A DNA stretch of 39,203 nucleotides from a virus. The stretch's first letter is position 1. Each line of letters opens with the position of its first letter. The DNA lies in the UHGV virus genome UHGV-0043900. One strand, given 5' to 3'. A model generated the notes under the pieces. The model saw only the letters and a list, made by a program, of their open reading frames with translations. It searched no databases and had not been told where the DNA came from. The translations under genes and the position numbers were made by a program. This document shows positions 7,657 to 14,843 of this stretch, piece by piece.

Positions 7657-8823
7657 TTAAACCCCTTTGACAACGTCAGCGTTGACCTGTGGAACCCCGA
7701 TTTCAGCAGCCAGATTCATGGCGGCTATTACCAGGTTACTGACGGCCAGCGGATACAGCAGGCTGACCCTGTTTTTACGATGACTTCCCGGATTGCTCAG
7801 GCGGGCACGTATGGCATCCACTGCGCTGGCGTCCATAATGTCCGTCAGTTGTTTACCGGCCCGTTGCAGTTTGAACGTCAGAAACTCTTCAAGGTGATTG
7901 TCCAGAGGCAGAAGTTCGACCACCTCACAGCGCTGAACGACTTCACGGACTTCCATATTGCGTTCAGACAGTTTTGTCGCCAGTTCCGGCTGGCCAATCA
8001 GCACGATGGACAGCAGTTTTTTGAAACCGGACTCCAGCTCAAAAAAGCGTTTGAGGTGTTTCAGTGTCGGAATGGGCAGGCTGTGGGCCTCCTCAATCAC
8101 CAGAACGTGGCTGAACCCCGCCTGGCTGCTGTCTTTCAGGACGCGATGCAACTGGCGAAAGCGGGCGTCCTGACTGCGTCTGATGCTTTCCAGTGGTGCA
8201 ATGGTACTGATAATGGCTTCGGCAATCGCTGCTGCCTTCAGAGTTTTCCCTTTCACATCGTTGTCTTCCATAGCGATGACGTATGGCTCGATAACAATTA
8301 CCGGCGCATTCTCGCGGTTGATTCGTTCAGTCAGGTCGCGGCGCAGCGTGGATTTGCCCGCACCGGACTCACCGATGACGGCCATAAACCCACCATGACG
8401 GGCTGTCTGGTACAGCGCTTCACGCACATAGCGGATGTCCGGGGTGGTGAACACATCATCAGAACCCTGCATGGCTTCGTCGGCGAACGGGTCACGGAAA
8501 AGACCAAACGCTTTTTTGGTTGCTGGAAATAACACCTGTTTTTTGAGTAACATATTCTCTTCCTCACTGAGGCTCGTTTTATCTGTGGTACCCGCTGTAC
8601 GGGGCGTGGCCGCGCCCTGTACAGCATCAAAACTCTTCGTTGTATCAATCCCCTGACTTTCCAGCCAGGACGCAAGACGCCGGCGCACTTCTCCGGGGCG
8701 GGTGCGGGGCCACGCGTTATGATTCACAATCTGGGCCAGCGTGGCCTCAGAAACATCGACAGCTCTCGCCACCACCGCCTGTGGGATACGGGCCTCTTTC
8801 AGTTGCTGCTTCAGTACCAGCAT
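7657..8823 (-). CDS. DNA transposition protein B (AAA+ ATPase, MuB-like) with N-terminal HTH extension
   Basis: Walker A GESGAGKST and Walker B-like HVLVIEEAH; lies immediately downstream of the transposase. Start preferred at ATG 8823 (GAGGAGG RBS) over the GTG at 8862 used by the ORF track. Confidence 0.8.
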   Translation of the reverse strand: MLVLKQQLKEARIPQAVVARAVDVSEATLAQIVNHNAWPRTRPGEVRRRLASWLESQGIDTTKSFDAVQGAATPRTAGTTDKTSLSEEENMLLKKQVLFPATKKAFGLFRDPFADEAMQGSDDVFTTPDIRYVREALYQTARHGGFMAVIGESGAGKSTLRRDLTERINRENAPVIVIEPYVIAMEDNDVKGKTLKAAAIAEAIISTIAPLESIRRSQDARFRQLHRVLKDSSQAGFSHVLVIEEAHSLPIPTLKHLKRFFELESGFKKLLSIVLIGQPELATKLSERNMEVREVVQRCEVVELLPLDNHLEEFLTFKLQRAGKQLTDIMDASAVDAIRARLSNPGSHRKNRVSLLYPLAVSNLVIAAMNLAAEIGVPQVNADVVKGV

Positions 8824-8833
8824 GTTTTCCTCC

Positions 8834-10603
8834 TCAGTTGCCGTTAACAATGCTGATAACACTGCTGCGGACCGGCGTGGTCAGCGTGGCCATGACTTCA
8901 TCCAGTGCGGCTTCCGGTACGCCGTCCGGGTACTGTGCCGTTAACTGGCGGTAATGTTCCGGCGTCCAGGTAAGGCCGTTGGCGCTGAACTTATCGCGCA
9001 GGGCTTTCGCGGCCTCCACATGAGTCATGGGACGTTGTTCAGTGCGCGGCCCGCGTACGTCAGAGGCCTGACCACGCTTCGGCATATAGGCCGGAAGTGT
9101 GGCGTCATCAATATGTTTATACGGGTCAAGTCGTCCGCCGAACGGCAGTGCCTTCGCCTTGCGTGCGGCAGCTGCATCTGCGGCGTTGTCTGTACCGGTG
9201 ACCAGCGCTTCGGTTTCTTTTGCCGCCATCTGCGCCGGGGTTTCCGGCAGGGCTTTGTAACTTTCGCCAAATACCGCCGCGCCTTCAGCAAAGCCAAACT
9301 CGTTCTTTCTGACCTCTTCGACCAGGAAGAACGTCTCGTGGCCGTCCTCACCGGTCAGAACCACCTGTGCCACATCGCTGCGCCACGGGTTACGGGTAAT
9401 CATCAGTTTTTCACCGACCAGTACGCCCGGTACCGTTGATACGTCAAATTCAGTGCCCCGGAACGAGACACGAAGTTTTGGCGTGACTTTGCGGAGTTCT
9501 GGTGCCGCCACAGCCAGTTCACGACATACCTCAACGGAAGGCGCTTTTTTCAGCTGCTCAGCAGTAATCTTCAGCCAGATATCCGTGCGGGTTTTACCGT
9601 GGCGGCTGTGAACAGCCGTGGCGTTAAAGTGGCTGCGCCATTTCGCGGCCAGCGCGTTGAGTTCTTCCAGACTGTGAACCGGCCGGAACTTCAGACCCGG
9701 CTCCAGCTTGCGTTCGATAATGTCACGCGCCTTTTCCACCTGTCCGGTGGCGCGGGCGTTATGCGGCCTGTGCGCTATCAGGTCGATGCCCAGTGAGCGG
9801 CACATGTTTTTCGTCATACCCGCGGTGTTCGCCGAACCGGGGTCGAGATAGAGTATTTTCGGCACGCCGTGCAGCACGTCTGCGCCACCGCGCTCCTGCA
9901 TGGCGTTGATAAGCACAGAACACAGGTTCTCACCGGATTCCGCACCCGTCACATACTCAACGTAAATCCAGCCGCTGGCATGGTCGGTAATCTCGTAACT
10001 CCACACGCGGTCACTGGCGATACGGGCAAGGTTAGCGGGCTTGTTCTTGTAGAATTTCGCGCTGTCCATCACCTGCAGCCCTTTATGTCCATTGCTCAGG
10101 TAGTAAAGCGTGCATAGTGAGGCGTCAATCTGCCAGACATGATTGGGGTGCAGACTGGCCACTTCGGTATGCGGTGCAGGGGCATCCAGTTGTTCCGGGT
10201 GCAGGCCATAGTTACGCAGGGCACGACTGATGGCATCTTCGGACAACGGGAAAAACTCACCGGTGGTTTCATCTGTTCTGCCTGCGGAGATAAAGCCGTT
10301 AGCCCGCAGGGTTTCCACTGCATCCGCGATGGAATAAAGACGCTTACCGTTCTTGCGGGTGGCCTCACGCAGTGTGGCAGATATCAGCGCGGCTTCGTCG
10401 CGGGTCAGGGCGCTGCGCCCGGCATCGGCGCGTTTTTTGCGTTTATCAGTCACAGAGACCTCCTTCAGCCTGCGCAGCAGAGTGGCGCGGGACATGCCAA
10501 GTTCAGCACAGGCAGCGTCGTATATTGCACCGCGTTTACCATGCCCCGCGTCACGTGCCGCGCGGGCGACATAAACCAGTCGTTCAGTCAGGGCAGCATT
10601 CAT
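8834..10603 (-). CDS. DDE transposase A (rve/integrase-core superfamily, transposable-phage type)
   Basis: 589 aa; N-terminal HTH region and a central integrase-like catalytic core (HVWQIDASL ... YLDPGS ...). GGAGG RBS. Paired with the B ATPase. Confidence 0.85.
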   Translation of the reverse strand: MNAALTERLVYVARAARDAGHGKRGAIYDAACAELGMSRATLLRRLKEVSVTDKRKKRADAGRSALTRDEAALISATLREATRKNGKRLYSIADAVETLRANGFISAGRTDETTGEFFPLSEDAISRALRNYGLHPEQLDAPAPHTEVASLHPNHVWQIDASLCTLYYLSNGHKGLQVMDSAKFYKNKPANLARIASDRVWSYEITDHASGWIYVEYVTGAESGENLCSVLINAMQERGGADVLHGVPKILYLDPGSANTAGMTKNMCRSLGIDLIAHRPHNARATGQVEKARDIIERKLEPGLKFRPVHSLEELNALAAKWRSHFNATAVHSRHGKTRTDIWLKITAEQLKKAPSVEVCRELAVAAPELRKVTPKLRVSFRGTEFDVSTVPGVLVGEKLMITRNPWRSDVAQVVLTGEDGHETFFLVEEVRKNEFGFAEGAAVFGESYKALPETPAQMAAKETEALVTGTDNAADAAAARKAKALPFGGRLDPYKHIDDATLPAYMPKRGQASDVRGPRTEQRPMTHVEAAKALRDKFSANGLTWTPEHYRQLTAQYPDGVPEAALDEVMATLTTPVRSSVISIVNGN

Positions 10604-10606
10604 TGG

Positions 10607-11518
10607 TTATGCCTCCAGCCCGTTAATCTGTGGCGTCGGCTCAGTCAGCCATGAAGGCGCTGCATTGCCTGTTGGCTCGTCCGGCAGGTCAAATGTGGAG
10701 CGCAGGCTACGCGCTGTGCTTTCCAGTTGACAGACCAGGCCTGCCATGAAATCTCTGGGGGTATCAATCATGTTTTCAGCACAATATGCGCACAGTGTCT
10801 CAAAAGCGCTGGACAGTCGAACGGCGATAGCAGATTCCGCCTCAACCGCTAATGCTGTTACTTCCGCCCGCAGCTTCTTAACCTCCTCATCAGGCTCAGG
10901 CGGCTGAATACGGGATTTCTTCTCCAGTCTGGTGGAGAGTGAGTCTATTTTTTCATTTTTGTCGGCGAGTACGCGCTGTTGTGCTGCGTTGGTTTCGCGC
11001 GCTTCGCGCAGGGCCTGACGCAATTCACGTACTGACATGCGATCAACATCGTCAAGCGTCAGTCCTGCGACTGTGCCGCCGTCGGCCAGTTCAGCAAGGT
11101 CGTCGTCATCTTCAGCAACAAGTTCAAATAATTTTGCCTTACCTAAAAGCGACAACGTTGTCGCTTTTGGCTCTAGTTTTGGTGAAAGGTATTTCAAAGA
11201 TGCTTTCATCATTCGTTGTGCTGCGCGCACATGCAGACCAAGTTGTTCTTCTACAATTCCAACAAAGTCCCCGTGTGGTTCATTTTCTTTGAGAATAATA
11301 AGTCGTTTACCTGCTTCCAGCATGGCCTCAGCGCTCTGTGCCATATAAAACCGAGCCTCATGAACTATGCGATCACGCTCATAGGGCTGACCATCGCCAA
11401 ACTGCTGCATGATCTCCATGCGATGCTGTGTCATGGCGTTCAGACTGACATTGAGATCATCCGACAGCGGTACCTCGGCGTTCAGTTCAGTGTTAATCGG
11501 TGATTTGGTGCGTCCCAT
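10607..11518 (-). CDS. Conserved transposable-phage early protein (possibly DUF3102-like)
   Basis: 303 aa, helical and acidic; sits between the regulators and the transposase; AAGGAG RBS. Family name recalled, not verified. Confidence 0.55.
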   Translation of the reverse strand: MGRTKSPINTELNAEVPLSDDLNVSLNAMTQHRMEIMQQFGDGQPYERDRIVHEARFYMAQSAEAMLEAGKRLIILKENEPHGDFVGIVEEQLGLHVRAAQRMMKASLKYLSPKLEPKATTLSLLGKAKLFELVAEDDDDLAELADGGTVAGLTLDDVDRMSVRELRQALREARETNAAQQRVLADKNEKIDSLSTRLEKKSRIQPPEPDEEVKKLRAEVTALAVEAESAIAVRLSSAFETLCAYCAENMIDTPRDFMAGLVCQLESTARSLRSTFDLPDEPTGNAAPSWLTEPTPQINGLEA

Positions 11519-11528
11519 TTATTACTCC

Positions 11529-11837
11529 TTACAAACGACTACCTGAAATGACACGTTGGTTGATTTCGTTAATGCGATCCTGTGCACGTGCCATCTCGTT
11601 ACTGTGGGCCATAGCGATCTGCAGTAACTGGATGCCCGGCGCGAAACGCCCGTTTTCCAGTTTCAGGGCCAACCCTTCTTCAATGAGGGTGTTGAGTGCC
11701 CGGTTGATGTTTGCCGGTGACTCGTGCAGTGCTGCCGCCAGTTCACCGTTGGAAATACCGTTCAGGGCATGACCGCGCAGCGCTTTGAGTACCCGGAGGA
11801 TGCGACTGCCGGAGCTTGAAACATTCGTCTTACTCAT
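11529..11837 (-). CDS. Winged-helix DNA-binding protein (IclR-like HTH), putative early regulator
   Basis: Segment ILRVLKALRGHALNGISNGELAAALHESPANINRALNTLIEEGL resembles an IclR-type N-terminal HTH. Start set at the second ATG (11837), which has better RBS spacing. Confidence 0.5.
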   Translation of the reverse strand: MSKTNVSSSGSRILRVLKALRGHALNGISNGELAAALHESPANINRALNTLIEEGLALKLENGRFAPGIQLLQIAMAHSNEMARAQDRINEINQRVISGSRL

Positions 11838-11889
11838 CTGCATACCTCTTTTGCGATATGTGATAACCTTTTACAAAGACTCAAAATCT

Positions 11890-12078
11890 TCAGGCTGCCT
11901 GAGCTGTTGATTTCAGCCCCAACTTCACGGCGATTTCATGGGATTTACCGTAACGGGCTTTGGTCTGCCCATTGAGAACGCGGTATACCTCATTGCGGTT
12001 GTAGCCGTTTTCTTCTGCCCAGCGGGTGAAGGTGATCCCGCGCTGGCGGAAGAGAGCTTTGACTTGTTCTGCAGTCAT
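11890..12078 (-). CDS. Ner-like small DNA-binding protein (Ner/Nlp family); first gene of the early operon
   Basis: 62 aa with the Ner layout VKALFRQRGITFTRWAEENGY...GKSHEIAVKLGL. Divergent from the repressor gene. RBS AAAGGAGA. Confidence 0.6.
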   Translation of the reverse strand: MTAEQVKALFRQRGITFTRWAEENGYNRNEVYRVLNGQTKARYGKSHEIAVKLGLKSTAQAA

Positions 12079-12178
12079 CGTTGTCTCCTTTGTTGATGCA
12101 ATGATGTTTGCCTTATGTGTGATAGATTATGGTGCAGATTATCTCACCAGTCAACTTAAAGAGTGCAGAAAAACTCAC
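12079..12178. promoter_or_regulatory. Divergent early-promoter/operator region between the Ner-like gene and the repressor
   Basis: 100-bp AT-rich intergenic region between divergent regulators, with direct repeats of AGATTAT 12 bp apart within GTGATAGATTATGGTGCAGATTATCTCAC. Confidence 0.45.
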
Positions 12179-12517
12179 ATGATCGGGTTACGTATTAAAG
12201 AAGAAAGAGAGCGTCTATCTCTTACACAGCAAGGGTTGGCTGATGCTATAGGTGTGGCAAAGAGAACTTTCATTGATTGGGAAAAAGATCGCACTTCTCC
12301 TACTGCAGTGCAGTTATCTGCACTATCAGAAATCGGTGTAGATATTTTGTATGTAGTTACTGGGGTGCGGAGTCAGCCTGTTGTTGCACCTTATGTGTCA
12401 CAAGAAAAGAAAGAGTTAATGGATGCATTCGACGAAATGAGCCCCGAACAACGGAGGGCAATTCTTGAGGTCGGCAAAGTCTTCATTCAACCCAAACCAA
12501 GCAAACTCGCAGGCTGA
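12179..12517 (+). CDS. Putative prophage repressor (XRE-family HTH)
   Basis: Internal ATG of ORF 12026-12517; HTH LSLTQQGLADAIGVAKRTFIDWEKDRTSP; divergent from the early operon. GC-poor relative to neighbours. Confidence 0.65.
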   Translation: MIGLRIKEERERLSLTQQGLADAIGVAKRTFIDWEKDRTSPTAVQLSALSEIGVDILYVVTGVRSQPVVAPYVSQEKKELMDAFDEMSPEQRRAILEVGKVFIQPKPSKLAG

Positions 12518-12603
12518 TTTTGACCTGGACACAAAGGGCGCGTGGTTGATCTGGATGCTTTCAGAAAACATCGCCAGTGACATAGTGGAAGTTGTTTGGT
12601 TTA

Positions 12604-12637
12604 CCGGAAAGCATTGTGCTTTCCGGTTTTGTTTCAG
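12604..12637 (+). terminator. Rho-independent terminator between convergent repressor and Dam genes
   Basis: 10-bp perfect stem CCGGAAAGCA/TGCTTTCCGG with 3-nt loop, followed by TTTTGTTT. Confidence 0.5.
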
Positions 12638-13398
12638 AAGTTGCAGATTACCAGTTCACGGCGCGGCGTGGGTTTCCCCGCCAGACTGTAGTTGATATTC
12701 ACCGTCTGTATGTTCAGTTCAGTGAACACCCGACGCATCTGCGGAATGTCATTCACCGAGATAATCATCTTTCCTCTGATGCACCGTGCCAGTTCTGCGA
12801 GTAGTGTGTAGTTCTCTTCAGGAAAATCCACACCATAGCCTTCCGTCCCCAGATAGGGCGGATCACAGTAGAACAGCGTGTGCGGACGGTCATAACGCTT
12901 AATGCACTGGTGCCAGTCCATGTGTTCTATCACCGTTCTGGAAAGCCGCAGGTGTGCCGCTGACAGTTCTTCTTCAATCCGGAGCAGGTTGAAGCGTGGC
13001 GGGGAGGTGGTGGAGGTGCCGAAGCTGTGCTCTGCCACCTTGCCCCCAAACGCCTGCTTCTGGAGGTAGTAGAACCGTGCCGCACGCTGGATATCCGTCA
13101 GTGTTTCTTCCGGGGTGATCTGCTGCCATTTGTAGATCTGCCGGCTAACCAGCGCCCATTTGAATTGGCGGACAAATTCTTCCAGATGATGCTTTACTAC
13201 CCGATACAGATTTACCAGTTCACCGTTGATATCGTTAATGACTTCGATCTTGCTGGGAGTCTTGAGAAAATAAAGTGCTGCTGCGCCGCAGAATGGCTCC
13301 ACATAGCAGGTATGGAGTGGGAACTGGGGCAGAATGTGTTTGGCCAGACGACGTTTTCCCCCAATCCAGGGGACGATGGGTAAAGATTGTTCTTTCAT
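12634..13398 (-). CDS. Orphan DNA adenine methyltransferase (Dam/D12-class N6-adenine MTase)
   Basis: N-terminal IVPWIGGKRRLAKHIL, FCGAAAL AdoMet motif and catalytic DPPY (LFYCDPPYLGTEGYG). Start set at the internal ATG 13398 (MKEQSLPIVPW). No restriction partner evident. Confidence 0.8.
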   Translation of the reverse strand: MKEQSLPIVPWIGGKRRLAKHILPQFPLHTCYVEPFCGAAALYFLKTPSKIEVINDINGELVNLYRVVKHHLEEFVRQFKWALVSRQIYKWQQITPEETLTDIQRAARFYYLQKQAFGGKVAEHSFGTSTTSPPRFNLLRIEEELSAAHLRLSRTVIEHMDWHQCIKRYDRPHTLFYCDPPYLGTEGYGVDFPEENYTLLAELARCIRGKMIISVNDIPQMRRVFTELNIQTVNINYSLAGKPTPRRELVICNF

Positions 13399-13445
13399 TA
13401 TCTGTAAGCCTTTTTCATTAGATGAAAATGCGATAGGCTTCCCTT

Positions 13446-13457
13446 GTTCTCGAGAAC
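13446..13457. promoter_or_regulatory. Perfect 12-bp palindrome GTTCTCGAGAAC in the Dam / paralog-1 divergent intergenic region (candidate operator)
   Basis: The duplicated cassette carries a different perfect 12-bp palindrome at the equivalent position (14081-14092), so dyad symmetry is preserved despite sequence change. Confidence 0.35.
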
Positions 13458-13500
13458 GGAAGAGCCTCGGTTGACTCACAGCTCATACCTGTAAGTTGAT

Positions 13501-13550
13501 GACTCGCCTTGTGTTCGCTGCACAAGGTGAGTCGCTCTTTTCATGTTATT
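13501..13550 (+). terminator. Strong hairpin plus U-rich tract upstream of paralog 1 (terminator or attenuator-like element)
   Basis: 13-bp stem GACTCGCCTTGTG/CACAAGGTGAGTC (one G-U pair), 7-nt loop, then GCTCTTTTCATGTTATTTG. The cassette copy at 14138-14181 has a different stem with the same architecture. Confidence 0.45.
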
Positions 13551-13592
13551 TGCATATTTCATGGGCGACAATTAAAGGGAGTTACTAATACC

Positions 13593-13973
13593 ATGGCCCC
13601 AAAAAATATTGAGCGGTTTAATGAAATAGTTGGTGAGATATTTGGGAGACTCTACGAATCTTTCCCCGTCAAAATTGATATAAAGGCAGTTGATATCGTT
13701 AGACAGAATGAACTTACTTTTTTTCTTGATACCGTAGACTGGCTTAAAAACAGTGGCTATTTAATCGGGGCGCGTAGTTCTGGGGGGATCCACAACGCAG
13801 TGCTAACGGCTAAAGGTCTTGAGGTATTAAACGCTACGCCTGGAAGTCTGGAAAAACCGTTGGGGGCCAGAATATCTGACTCTATAAAAATTGAAGGGAA
13901 AGAAGCGTTGCGATCACTGGTTAGCCAGACTCTAGGAATAGGTCTGCAATATATGTCTCGTGGTCTTATGTAA
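13593..13973 (+). CDS. Small protein of unknown function (127 aa), paralog 1 of a duplicated pair
   Basis: Internal ATG of ORF 13509-13973 with RBS AAAGGGAG. Shares FxxIxGxIFxRL, DTxxWL and VLTxKxLxxLNATP blocks with the protein at 14439-14843. AT-rich codon usage. Confidence 0.6.
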   Translation: MAPKNIERFNEIVGEIFGRLYESFPVKIDIKAVDIVRQNELTFFLDTVDWLKNSGYLIGARSSGGIHNAVLTAKGLEVLNATPGSLEKPLGARISDSIKIEGKEALRSLVSQTLGIGLQYMSRGLM

Positions 13974-14033
13974 TATCGCAAGGCAGCGTTTGCCACCAAT
14001 CCATGGAACGATGGGTAATGTCTGCGTTTTCAT
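13932..14033 (-). pseudogene. Remnant 5' end of a second Dam methylase gene (about 20 conserved codons)
   Basis: Reverse strand encodes MKTQTLPIVPWIGGKR, homologous to the start of the intact Dam (MKEQSLPIVPWIGGKRR), then diverges into the 3' end of paralog 1 and stops after 33 codons. Confidence 0.55.
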
Positions 14034-14080
14034 AATCTGTAAACATTTTACAATTATTAAAAATATGGCAGGCTAGTCTG

Positions 14081-14092
14081 GTCTCGCGAGAC
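14081..14092. promoter_or_regulatory. Perfect 12-bp palindrome GTCTCGCGAGAC (candidate operator of the duplicated cassette)
   Basis: Positional equivalent of GTTCTCGAGAAC at 13446-13457, with the same flanking conserved block CCTCGGT-G-CTCACAGC. Confidence 0.35.
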
Positions 14093-14137
14093 TGACTGAA
14101 CCTCGGTCGGCTCACAGCCACTTCTGTGGGACGATGG

Positions 14138-14181
14138 CCAGCCCGGTGGGTCCGAAGCACCGGGCTGGTCGTTCTTTCATG
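14138..14181 (+). terminator. Hairpin plus U-rich tract, second copy of the cassette leader element
   Basis: 11-bp perfect stem CCAGCCCGGTG/CACCGGGCTGG, 9-nt loop, then TCGTTCTTTCATG. Confidence 0.45.
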
Positions 14182-14224
14182 ATGCGGCAGGGATGAAGTG
14201 ATTTCTGTTAATGTGGTTTAGGGA

Positions 14225-14440
14225 TTATCCGGGGCGATTTTCTGACCTTATCTGGTCCAGGGCATAAGTAATACCTTCTGCAAAAACAGAAGTATCAAAC
14301 TGCTTTTGTATTTCCTGAAAATGAACTGTGGCACGACAGACACTCAGTTCTCCGCGATGTAACCGGATAATATCTTCCAGAACATTGTTCACTGCTTCAG
14401 CACGGCGCTGATGTTCTGTTAACGTTAATCGGGGATTCAT
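14225..14440 (-). CDS. Hypothetical 71-aa helical protein
   Basis: ORF whose ATG overlaps head-to-head with the ATG of the 14439 gene (CATGATG). No recognisable motif. Confidence 0.4.
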   Translation of the reverse strand: MNPRLTLTEHQRRAEAVNNVLEDIIRLHRGELSVCRATVHFQEIQKQFDTSVFAEGITYALDQIRSENRPG

Positions 14441-14843
14441 GATGCACTCCTTAAATGATGATTTTTATGCACTCACCGGCAAAATATTCTGCCGATTACT
14501 GAACACGCATCCGGCACCTCAGGTTTTGATTTATTCTGGTTTTTTCGATATCCCGGACCAGGTTGATCACGACCAGAAAAAGTGCCGGTATTTTATTGAT
14601 ACGCTGATATGGCTTCGGGATAACAGCTATATTCGTTACTCTCAGTTGCTGGCTGTGGGAGCGGCTGATGTCGTCCTCACGGAAAAAACGCTCCGTCTGC
14701 TCAATGCCACGCCGACCCTTCTGCAGCCCCGGCCCGCACCATTTAAAGAGTCACTTCTGGATGCAGTAAAAACCGGTGAAAATGCAGTCATCGCTGAACG
14801 CGTATCCCGGATTATGAGTTACGTGTTTAATGAACGTAAGTGA
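14439..14843 (+). CDS. Small protein of unknown function (134 aa), paralog 2 of the duplicated pair
   Basis: RBS GGGGA then ATG-ATG. Roughly 25-30% identity by eye to paralog 1 over conserved blocks. 3' end overlaps the convergent P-loop gene by 25 nt. Confidence 0.6.
   Translation: MMHSLNDDFYALTGKIFCRLLNTHPAPQVLIYSGFFDIPDQVDHDQKKCRYFIDTLIWLRDNSYIRYSQLLAVGAADVVLTEKTLRLLNATPTLLQPRPAPFKESLLDAVKTGENAVIAERVSRIMSYVFNERK

Noticed and set aside
7780-8532. 250-aa plus-strand ORF opposite the B gene
   Set aside because: Antisense to the MuB-like ATPase, which has clear Walker motifs; no RBS or recognisable motif.
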